Below are positions 17,730 through 25,389 of a stretch of 64,000 nt of DNA, piece by piece. This DNA comes from Acidimicrobiales bacterium (GTDB lineage Bacteria > Actinomycetota > Acidimicrobiia > Acidimicrobiales > VFJN01): positions 3,964 to 67,963 of the forward strand of contig DATCLS010000050.1 of the NCBI GenBank assembly GCA_036563805.1. The letters are read 5' to 3'. The position numbers and the translations under genes were made by a program. Positions within the stretch are counted from its first letter, which is position 1. Each line of letters begins with the position of its first letter. The notes below the pieces were generated by a model. The model made no database searches, had not been told where the DNA came from, and was given only the letters and a program-made list of their open reading frames with translations.

Positions 17730-18481
17730 CCGCGGCACGACCGGCGAACCCCGACACCTCGGCGTCCGAGACGCCCGACGGCCTGGCGCCCGAGACGCCC
17801 GGCGGCGCGGCGCCCGACGCCCCGGTGCGGTCCGTCCCCGACGCCCCGGCCGCGGTGCTGGCCGCGGCCAAGGAGATGCTGGCCAAGGGGCTGGTCGAGG
17901 GCACGGCGGGCAACATCTCGGCCCGCCAGGCCGACGGCACGATCGTGATCACGCCGTCGTCGGTCGACTACGACGCCATGACGCTCGACGACCTGGTGAC
18001 GATCGACCCGGCCGGCGAGGTGGTGGCCGCGGCCGCCGGGCGGTCGCCGTCGTCGGAGAAGCCGCTCCACCTGGCCTGCTACGAGGCGTTCGCCGACGTC
18101 GGCGCGGTCATCCACTCCCACGCCGTGTACGCCACGATGTTCGCGGTCGCCCGCCAGCCGATCCCCGCCTGCATCGACGAGTTCGCCATGTACGTCGGCG
18201 GCGACGTGCGGGTGTCGGAGTACGCGGCCAGCGGGTCCGAGGCCATGGCCGCCAACGTCGTCGCCGCCCTCGAGGGGCGGGGCGCGGCGCTCATCGCCAA
18301 CCACGGGATGGTGGTCGTGGGCCCGACCCCGGCCGCCGCCCTCCACATCACCGCGCTGGTCGAGCGCACCGCCAAGATCGTGTGGGGCGCCCGCCAACTG
18401 GGGCCGGCCCACGAGATCCCGGCCGAGGTGAACCAGAGCTTCGCCGGCGTGTACCAGTACCTGCGGGCCAACCCCCGCTGA
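17726..18481 (+). CDS. Class II aldolase/adducin-domain protein
   Basis: GTG 17726 overlaps the preceding stop (GTGA). GTAGNISAR and HSHAVYAT motifs. Has an N-terminal Pro/Ala-rich extension. Confidence 0.85.
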   Translation: MTAARPANPDTSASETPDGLAPETPGGAAPDAPVRSVPDAPAAVLAAAKEMLAKGLVEGTAGNISARQADGTIVITPSSVDYDAMTLDDLVTIDPAGEVVAAAAGRSPSSEKPLHLACYEAFADVGAVIHSHAVYATMFAVARQPIPACIDEFAMYVGGDVRVSEYAASGSEAMAANVVAALEGRGAALIANHGMVVVGPTPAAALHITALVERTAKIVWGARQLGPAHEIPAEVNQSFAGVYQYLRANPR

Positions 18482-18541
18482 CGGCCGGGTCGGCCGGGGC
18501 GGGCCGGCGGCTCGACTTGCCTCCCGGCGACTGGTCCCGCC

Positions 18542-19999
18542 TCAGGGCGGGGTGACGAGCCCGCGCTCGATGAGCCGGGCGACGGCGTCGATGCGGGCGG
18601 GGGAGACGGGCCGGCGCGGCGTGGCCACGAGGGCGTCGAGCAGGACGAGCAGGACGATCGCCTCGGCGTCGCGGTCGCCGAAGCCCCGCGGGGCGAGGTA
18701 GCGGGCGCACATGGCCCGGAACGTCTCGATGGCCGCGGTCGAGGCCGTCCCCAGCGTCTCGTCCCGCGACATGGCCTCGCTCCACATCGCGGTGATCGCC
18801 GCCTCCTCGGCCGAGGTCGTGGCGTAGCGGCGGAGCCAGGCGCGCAGCTCGGCGCCCGCGCCGGCCTCGTCCCCGCCGCGGGCCTCGTCCCCGCCGCAGG
18901 CGGGCGGGCCGGGCGGGGGCGGGATGTCGGCCAGCGTGGCGGCCAGGCGCCGGCTGGCCCGCCCGGCCAGGATGCGGAACAGCTCGGTCTTGTTGGCGAA
19001 GTAGCGGTAGAAGACGCCGTGCGACACGCCGGCGGCCTCCACGACGTCGGCGACCCGAGTGGCGTAGTAGCCCCGCTCGGCGAACACCCGGTGACCGGCC
19101 TCGATCAGCCGGGCCCGTGTCTCCCGGCCCGCCGGCCCGAGCGGGCCCTCGCCGTCCCGGCGCTCGGACCCGCCGACCTCGTCGCCCGGGTCGGCCCCGT
19201 CGGCCCCGGCGGCCTGGCCGCCGGCGACCGCGGCGCCCGGGGTCGCTCCGTCGCCCGGCCCGGCGGCGAACGCGGGCACGGGCGGCACGGCCACCGGGCC
19301 GCTCCCGGCGCCCTCGCCGCCCGGCGGGGGGTGGACGTTCACCGCGGCGTCCACGCCGAACAGCGTCCGGTGGAACACGTCGGCCAGGGCCACCTCCACC
19401 CGGTCCCGGGCCGCCGCGCCGTCCCCGAGCCCGGCCCGGTCGAGCAGGGCGGCCACCCGGTTGGCCCGGGCGATGGCGTCGAGCAGCGCCCGAACGACGC
19501 CGTCGACGGCGCGGGGCGCCAGCGCCGCGCCGGTGATCCGCGAGCGGATGCCGTCGAACGTCCGCACCGCCACCTTGGCCGAGCCGGTGGCCACGGCCTC
19601 GTCGCTGGCCACCGCGCTCTGGAACGTGGTGAACACCGGCTCGTAGGCGTCGTAGAGCCGGCCGTAGCGGGCGAACCAGCCGTGGAGGGCCTCCCAGCCG
19701 GCCCGGTCGCCGGTGATCGGCCCCAGGGTGTCGGTGGCGGCCGCCAGCTCGCGGGCCACCCGGCCGGCCAGGTGGCGGAACAGGTCCTCCTTGCCGGAGA
19801 AGTACTGGTAGAAGCTGGCCCGCGAACAGCCGGACAGCTCGGTGATCCGCCCGATCCCGCACTCGTGGTAGCCGACCTCGGCGAAGACCCGTAGGCCGGC
19901 CTCGACGATGCGCTGCTGGGCCCGCTGCCCCCGCGCCCCGACGGCGGGGTTGGTGGCGAAGGGTGCCCGGCGCAGCACCGTCTCCCCGGTTTCTGACAT
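18542..19999 (-). CDS. TetR-family regulator with two complete TetR modules in one polypeptide
   Basis: Two HTH regions: RIVEAGLRVFAEVGYHECGIGRITELSGCSRASFYQYF and RLIEAGHRVFAERGYYATRVADVVEAAGVSHGVFYRYF. Each is followed by a ligand-domain-length segment. A Gly/Pro/Ala linker joins them. Confidence 0.85.
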   Translation of the reverse strand: MSETGETVLRRAPFATNPAVGARGQRAQQRIVEAGLRVFAEVGYHECGIGRITELSGCSRASFYQYFSGKEDLFRHLAGRVARELAAATDTLGPITGDRAGWEALHGWFARYGRLYDAYEPVFTTFQSAVASDEAVATGSAKVAVRTFDGIRSRITGAALAPRAVDGVVRALLDAIARANRVAALLDRAGLGDGAAARDRVEVALADVFHRTLFGVDAAVNVHPPPGGEGAGSGPVAVPPVPAFAAGPGDGATPGAAVAGGQAAGADGADPGDEVGGSERRDGEGPLGPAGRETRARLIEAGHRVFAERGYYATRVADVVEAAGVSHGVFYRYFANKTELFRILAGRASRRLAATLADIPPPPGPPACGGDEARGGDEAGAGAELRAWLRRYATTSAEEAAITAMWSEAMSRDETLGTASTAAIETFRAMCARYLAPRGFGDRDAEAIVLLVLLDALVATPRRPVSPARIDAVARLIERGLVTPP

Positions 20000-20053
20000 T
20001 GGAGTCAGAACGGTACCAGACCGGCCGAACTGGTTGACGTAAGTGTCAGAAAC
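19989..20053. promoter_or_regulatory. Three GTCAGAA half-sites (candidate TetR operator) in the TetR/P450 divergent region
   Basis: TTCTGAC (19991-19997) and GTCAGAA (20004-20010) form a 7-6-7 inverted repeat. A third copy, TGTCAGAAAC (20044-20053), is the exact reverse complement of 19989-19998. Confidence 0.5.
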
Positions 20054-20108
20054 GCCCTACGGTGCACCTGACACGAGTGTTAGACTGCGTCGAGACGGAG
20101 GGGGGACC

Positions 20109-21347
20109 GTGCCGGACCCGCAGAAGACCGCAGTCACCGCGTCCGCCGACGAGCGCGACCCCTTCGAGGAGTTCACGCAGGCCATGGGCGCCGAGGGCGA
20201 CTACAGCCCGTATCCCCTGCTGGCCGAGCTGCGCGAGGCGGCACCCGTCCACCCGGGCACCCCCGACCTCCCGTGGGCGACGCTCGAGGCCGACCGCACC
20301 ACGTTCACGGCCTACAGCTACGCGGCGGTCCAGACGGTGCTGGGCGACGGCGCCAACTTCGGCTCGGGCGTCTACGCGGCCACGATGGGCAAGGTGTTCG
20401 GCCGGTCCATCCTCGAGATGGACGGCGACGAGCACCACGCCTACCGGTCGATCCTCCAGCAGGCGTTCACCCGGGGCGCCATGGCCCGGTGGGAGGAGGA
20501 GGTGGTCCGGCCACTGGTCGAGCGGATGGTCGACGGCTTCGCCGACCGGGGGCGGGCCGACCTCGTGCGCGAGCTGCTGTTCCCGTTCCCGGTGCGGGTC
20601 ATCGCCGCGCTGCTCGGCCTGCCCGAGGACGACATCGACGAGTTCCACCGCCTGGCCGTCGAGCTCATCGGCGTGAGCGTCGACTGGGACCGGGCGGTGG
20701 CCGCCTCCGCCACGCTGCGCGACTACCTGGCCGGCATCCTGGCCGAGCGGCGCCGGCGCCCGGCCGAGGACATGATCTCGGTGCTGGCCACCGCCGAGCA
20801 CGACGGCCAGCGGCTCACCGACGACGAGATCTTCGCCTTCTGCCGGCTGCTGCTGCCGGCGGGGGCCGAGACGACCTACCGGTCGTCGTCCAACCTGCTG
20901 TTCGGGCTGCTGAGCCATCCCGATCAGCTCGACGCCCTGCGGGCCGACCCCGGCCTGACCGGGGCCGCCATCGAGGAGGGCATCCGCTGGGAGCCCCCGC
21001 TGCTGCTCATCAGCCGGACCACCCTGCGCGACACCGAGGTGTGCGGGGTGGAGATCCCGGCCGGCGCCAGCGTCGTGTGCAACCTGGGCGCCGCCAACCA
21101 CGACCCGGCCCGGTGGCCCGACCCCGAGCGGTTCGACATCACCCGGGAGCGGCGGCCGCACATCGGCTTCGCCCACGGAGCCCACGTCTGCCTGGGCATG
21201 CACCTGGCCCGCATGGAGACCCGGGTGGCGCTGGCCACCCTGTTCGATCGGCTGCCCGGCCTACGCTTCGACCCCGATGCGCCGCCCCCGTACATCACCG
21301 GCCGGATCTTCCGGTCGCCGCCGCGCCTGGACGTGGCGTGGGGGTGA
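20109..21347 (+). CDS. Cytochrome P450
   Basis: AGAETT (I-helix), EEGIRWEPP (ExxR), FAHGAHVCLG (Cys ligand). GTG 20109 is preceded by GGAGGGGGG and by a -10-like TAGACT (20081-20086). The ORF track starts at GTG 20043. Confidence 0.9.
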   Translation: MPDPQKTAVTASADERDPFEEFTQAMGAEGDYSPYPLLAELREAAPVHPGTPDLPWATLEADRTTFTAYSYAAVQTVLGDGANFGSGVYAATMGKVFGRSILEMDGDEHHAYRSILQQAFTRGAMARWEEEVVRPLVERMVDGFADRGRADLVRELLFPFPVRVIAALLGLPEDDIDEFHRLAVELIGVSVDWDRAVAASATLRDYLAGILAERRRRPAEDMISVLATAEHDGQRLTDDEIFAFCRLLLPAGAETTYRSSSNLLFGLLSHPDQLDALRADPGLTGAAIEEGIRWEPPLLLISRTTLRDTEVCGVEIPAGASVVCNLGAANHDPARWPDPERFDITRERRPHIGFAHGAHVCLGMHLARMETRVALATLFDRLPGLRFDPDAPPPYITGRIFRSPPRLDVAWG

Positions 21348-21416
21348 GGTGACCGCCGTGCGCGCCGCGACCGTCGTGCGCGTCGTCGGCGCCACCGCTC
21401 TGACCGCTCGCCGGAC

Positions 21417-21905
21417 GTGAGCGAGGCCGAGGACGGGGGCCCGCCGGCCCGCCCGTTCCGGGTGCTGCCGGCCGTCACGCCCGAGACCGAGCACTTCTGG
21501 ACCGGGGGCGCCGAGGGCGAGCTGCGCTTCCTGCGCTGCAAGCAGTGCGGGCACTGGATCCACCCGCCCGCCCCCGTGTGCCCCGCGTGCCTGAGCCGCG
21601 AGGTGGCGGTGGCCGCCGCCTCGGGCCGGGCCACGGTGCACACGTTCACCGTCAACTGGCAGCCCTGGTACCCGAACCTCGATCCGCCGTACGTCGTGGC
21701 CATCGTCGAGCTGCCCGAGCAGCCGGGCCTGCGTCTGACCACCAACATCGTCGGCTGCGCCCCCGACGAGGTCCGCATCGGCATGGCGGTCGAGGTCGTG
21801 TTCGAGGAGTACGACGGCGTGTGGTTGCCGCTGTTCCGCCCCGTGGGCGGGGGCGCGGCCGAGGACCCGACGGAGGGCCCGAGCGGGAGCGAGCCGCATG
21901 AGTAG
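21417..21905 (+). CDS. Zn-ribbon/OB-fold protein (DUF35 family)
   Basis: CKQCGHWIHPPAPVCPAC zinc ribbon followed by an OB-like segment. Overlaps the next gene by 8 nt. Confidence 0.85.
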   Translation: MSEAEDGGPPARPFRVLPAVTPETEHFWTGGAEGELRFLRCKQCGHWIHPPAPVCPACLSREVAVAAASGRATVHTFTVNWQPWYPNLDPPYVVAIVELPEQPGLRLTTNIVGCAPDEVRIGMAVEVVFEEYDGVWLPLFRPVGGGAAEDPTEGPSGSEPHE

Positions 21906-23121
21906 GGAACCGGGGGAGCGGGCGGCCGTCATCTCCGGCGTCGGCCAGTCGCAGGTCGGCCGCCGGATCTACCGCCGGCCCCTCGACCTCACGGTCGAGG
22001 CGGCGCTGGCCGCCATCGACGACGCCGGGCTCACGCGCGACGACATCGACGGGCTCGCCACCTACCCCGGGGCGCTGGCCGTGCCGCCCGGCTTCTCGGG
22101 GGTCGGGGTGACCGAGGTCCAGGACGCCCTCCGCCTGCGGCTCGACTGGTACGCCGGCGGGCTCGAGCTGCCGGGCCAGCTCGGCTCGGTAGCCAACGCG
22201 GTGGCGGCCGTGGCGACCGGGCTGGCGCGCCACGTCCTGTGCTTCCGCACGGTGTGGGAGGCGTCGGCCCAGGGCGACAAGGGCCGGGCTGCGGTCACGC
22301 CCGGGGGCGGGGGCGCGGGAGGCGGCGGCTCCGGCGGCTCCGGCGGGTTCCGGGCCTCGGGCGCCCAGCAGTGGACGCTGCCGTTCGGGGCGCCCTCGGC
22401 CGCCAACTGGATCGGCATGATGGCCCAGCGCCACATGCACGAGTTCGGCACCACCCGCGAGCAGCTCGCCCAGGTGGCGCTGAACGGCCGGGCCAACGCG
22501 GCGGCCAACCCTCAGGCCATCTACCGCGATCCGCTCACCCTCGACGACTACCTGGCGGCCCGCATGGTGTCCACGCCGCTGTGCCTCTACGACTGCGACG
22601 TGCCGGCCGACGGCTCGACGGCGGTCATCGTGTCGGCGGCCGACGCCGCCGGCGACCTGCGTAAGCCGCCGCTGCGCATCGAGGCCCTGGGCACCGCCCT
22701 CCACGGGCGCCCGTCGTGGGACCAGTTCGACGACCTGACCACGATGGCCCTGCGCGACGCGGCGGCCATGATGTGGCTGCGCACTGACCTGACGCCGGCC
22801 GACGTCGACGTGGCCGAGGTCTACGACGGGTTCAGCTTCATCGCTCTGTGCTGGCTGGAGGCCCTGGGTTTCTGCGACCACGGCGAGGGCGGCCCCTACC
22901 TGGAGGCCGGGCGGCCCCACCGCTCGGGCTCCCTCCCGCTCAACACCAACGGGGGGCAGCTGTCGGGCGGGCGGCTGCACGGCTACGGCCTGCTTCACGA
23001 GGCCTGCCTCCAGCTGTGGGGCGATGCCGGCGAGCGCCAGGTGCCGGGCGGGCCGCAGGTGGCGGTGGCGGCGGCCGGGGGCGGGCCGCTGGCCGCCTGT
23101 CTGCTGCTCACGACGAGCTGA
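21898..23121 (+). CDS. Thiolase-like / lipid-transfer (SCP-x, Ltp-type) protein
   Basis: Thiolase-superfamily layout (VISGVGQSQVGRR ... NTNGGQLSGGRLHGYG). Typical partner of DUF35 proteins. I could not find a CxSG nucleophile motif by eye. Confidence 0.8.
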   Translation: MSREPGERAAVISGVGQSQVGRRIYRRPLDLTVEAALAAIDDAGLTRDDIDGLATYPGALAVPPGFSGVGVTEVQDALRLRLDWYAGGLELPGQLGSVANAVAAVATGLARHVLCFRTVWEASAQGDKGRAAVTPGGGGAGGGGSGGSGGFRASGAQQWTLPFGAPSAANWIGMMAQRHMHEFGTTREQLAQVALNGRANAAANPQAIYRDPLTLDDYLAARMVSTPLCLYDCDVPADGSTAVIVSAADAAGDLRKPPLRIEALGTALHGRPSWDQFDDLTTMALRDAAAMMWLRTDLTPADVDVAEVYDGFSFIALCWLEALGFCDHGEGGPYLEAGRPHRSGSLPLNTNGGQLSGGRLHGYGLLHEACLQLWGDAGERQVPGGPQVAVAAAGGGPLAACLLLTTS

Positions 23122-23295
23122 CGGTGAGCGGGAGACGAGCTGGCGGCCGCTGCCCACGACCTGACCACGGTCTGACGGGTGGACGCGAGGCGTGACAATT
23201 TGGTGTCAGACGGTGACGGGGGGTGAACACCAGGCGTAACGTGGTTTCAGACCTGGGGGGCCAGCGGGCGGAGCTGGGCGTGGAGGGGGACGCAC

Positions 23296-25287
23296 GTGGG
23301 ATTTCGACTCCCCATCAAGATCAAGACGGCCATAGCGCTGTCGGTCCCACTGGGGATGATGGTGGCCGTGGCGGGGCTGGAGGTCGTGCAGAGCTCCCGT
23401 GAGGTGCGGGAGATGCGCGAGCAGACCGACCTGGCCACGGCGGCCATCGGCCCGTCGGGCCTGATCACGGCCATCCAGAACGAGCGCAACTTCACCGGGC
23501 TGTGGCTCCTCGGCTCGGAGACCCTGGTCAACCTGCCGGTCAACGACATGGAGCAGGCGCGGGCCGCCACCGACCAGGCCTACCGGGCGTTCCGCGACGA
23601 GGTGGCCCGCAAGGGTGGCGACGTGGCCCGGACCTACGGGCCGGCCTTGGAGGCGCTCGAGGGGGAGCACGGCCTCGCCGCCCAGCGCCGGCTGGTGGAC
23701 AGCTACACCGGGCCGCGGCTGGTCACGCAGTACAACGCCACCGCCGACCGCTCGTTCAACGGCTACACGCTGCTGGTCGGCGCGTTGGCCGATCCGACCA
23801 CGCGGCTGACGTCCAGCATCGAGGACGAGGAGCTGCGCCGCGGCGTCCAGCTCATCGACATGGCGTCCCGCGAGCTCGACCGGATCGCCCGGTTCGTGCG
23901 GCTCGCCCTCCTCCAGGCCGTCCGAGGCGACGGGCGGATCGCCGGTCGCGAGGAGGTGCAGGAGGCCTCGCTGGCCCAGAGCGAGGGCGACCGCGCCCAC
24001 CTGCAGATCGTCGAGCTGGCCTCCCACGGCCGCTACCGGGCGCTCGGCGAGGAGCTCGAGGTCGAGAGCGAGGAGACCCAGGTCCGCCAGATCATGCGGC
24101 AGATCGTGCGGACCGGCGAGATCCCGGTCGACGCCCTGCTGGCCGGCATCTCGATCAGCGACGACGAGAGCTACTACGGGTTCCTCCACGACGTGTCCGA
24201 GGTGCTGCGCGACCGGGCCGACGAGCTCAACGCCGCCGCCCTCGCCCGGCAGCGCCGGTTCCTGACGGTGGCGGCGATCGTGCTCGTCGTCGCCCTCGTC
24301 GTGATGCCCCTGGCCACCCGGTCGATCACCCGGCCGCTGCGGTCGCTCACCCGGCAGGCCGTCGACCTGGCCCGGCGGCGGCTGCCCGAGGCCGTGCGGC
24401 GGGTGCAGGAGACACCGCTCGGGCAGGACGTGGCGCCGCCCGAGCTGGAGCCCGTCACCGTGCCCGCCTCGGACGAGGTGGCAGATGTCGCCGACATGCT
24501 CACCCGGGTCCAGGCCACCGCCATCGACCTGGCCGTGGGTCAGGCGGTGCTGCGCCGCAACGTGGCCGACGCCCTGGTCAACCTGGCCCGCCGCAACCAG
24601 AACCTGCTCGGCCGCCAGCTAACGTTCATCACCGAGCTCGAGGCCCACGAGACCAGCCCCGAGACGCTCGGCAACCTGTTCCGCCTCGACCACCTCGCCA
24701 CCCGCATGCGGCGCAACGCCGAGTCGCTGCTGGTGCTCGCCGGGGTCGAGCAGCAACGCCACGCCACCGCCCCGGCGCCGCTCGTCGACGTGATCCGGGC
24801 CGCGCTGGGCGAGGTCGACGAGTTCCACCGGGTCTCCTTCCCGGCGGTGCAGCCGGTGACGATCGACGGGCCCGCCGTGGCCGACCTCGCCCACCTGCTG
24901 GCCGAGCTGATCGAGAACGCCCTCCGGTTCTCCCCGCCCGAGGTGCCGGTCGACATCCGCGGCCACTCCTACCTGGCCGAGGACGCCTATCTGGTGTCGA
25001 TCATCGACCAGGGCACCGGCATGAGCGCCGAGGAGATCGAGCGGGCCAACCGGCGCCTCGCCCAGGCCGAGGACTTCACCGTGGCGCCCTCCCGCTACCT
25101 CGGGCACTACGTGACCGCGGCGCTGGCCGCCCGGCACGGCATCAAGGTCACGCTGGTGCCGACCATGCCGTCCGCCGACCACCCGGGCATCACAGCCCGG
25201 GTCCAGCTGCCCAACCGACTGCTGGTGCGGGGGGCGCGGCCGCCGTTTGGGGCCGGGCCCCGGCGGTCGGACCGGATCACGGTCTGA
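23296..25287 (+). CDS. CvnA-like sensor kinase, paralog of 8366..10594
   Basis: GTG 23296 with GGAGG 8 nt upstream. Same NIT-like/HAMP/H-box (FRLDHLATRMRRNAESLLVLAG)/HATPase order. The tail after the ATPase domain is shorter. Confidence 0.85.
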   Translation: MGFRLPIKIKTAIALSVPLGMMVAVAGLEVVQSSREVREMREQTDLATAAIGPSGLITAIQNERNFTGLWLLGSETLVNLPVNDMEQARAATDQAYRAFRDEVARKGGDVARTYGPALEALEGEHGLAAQRRLVDSYTGPRLVTQYNATADRSFNGYTLLVGALADPTTRLTSSIEDEELRRGVQLIDMASRELDRIARFVRLALLQAVRGDGRIAGREEVQEASLAQSEGDRAHLQIVELASHGRYRALGEELEVESEETQVRQIMRQIVRTGEIPVDALLAGISISDDESYYGFLHDVSEVLRDRADELNAAALARQRRFLTVAAIVLVVALVVMPLATRSITRPLRSLTRQAVDLARRRLPEAVRRVQETPLGQDVAPPELEPVTVPASDEVADVADMLTRVQATAIDLAVGQAVLRRNVADALVNLARRNQNLLGRQLTFITELEAHETSPETLGNLFRLDHLATRMRRNAESLLVLAGVEQQRHATAPAPLVDVIRAALGEVDEFHRVSFPAVQPVTIDGPAVADLAHLLAELIENALRFSPPEVPVDIRGHSYLAEDAYLVSIIDQGTGMSAEEIERANRRLAQAEDFTVAPSRYLGHYVTAALAARHGIKVTLVPTMPSADHPGITARVQLPNRLLVRGARPPFGAGPRRSDRITV

Positions 25288-25323
25288 GGGTCGCCGGGGT
25301 CTGCGGTGCGGCGCCAGCTGCGT

Positions 25324-25389
25324 CGGCCGTCGGACTCGGCGAGTTCGGCCGTCGAGGTCGGTGAGCTCAGCCGTCGGACTCGGCGAGCC
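25324..25389. repeat. 22-bp x3 tandem repeat spanning the decarboxylase stop codon
   Basis: Units cggccgtcggactcggcgagtt, cggccgtcgaggtcggtgagct and cagccgtcggactcggcgagcc. The third unit is the last 6 codons plus stop of CDS 25367..26842. Confidence 0.8.

Noticed and set aside
20043-20051. Shared GTGTCAG motif near three regulatory regions (10619, 20043, 23203), and a possible RecA-independent DNA-damage promoter (TTGTCRGTG-N8-TANNNT), including CTGTCAGTG at about 63380
   Set aside because: My rough expectation for GTGTCAG on both strands of 64 kb is about 6, so three hits are not meaningful. None of the sites has TANNNT at the required 8-nt spacing. The 63380 site has GAAGCT at that position and no downstream gene.
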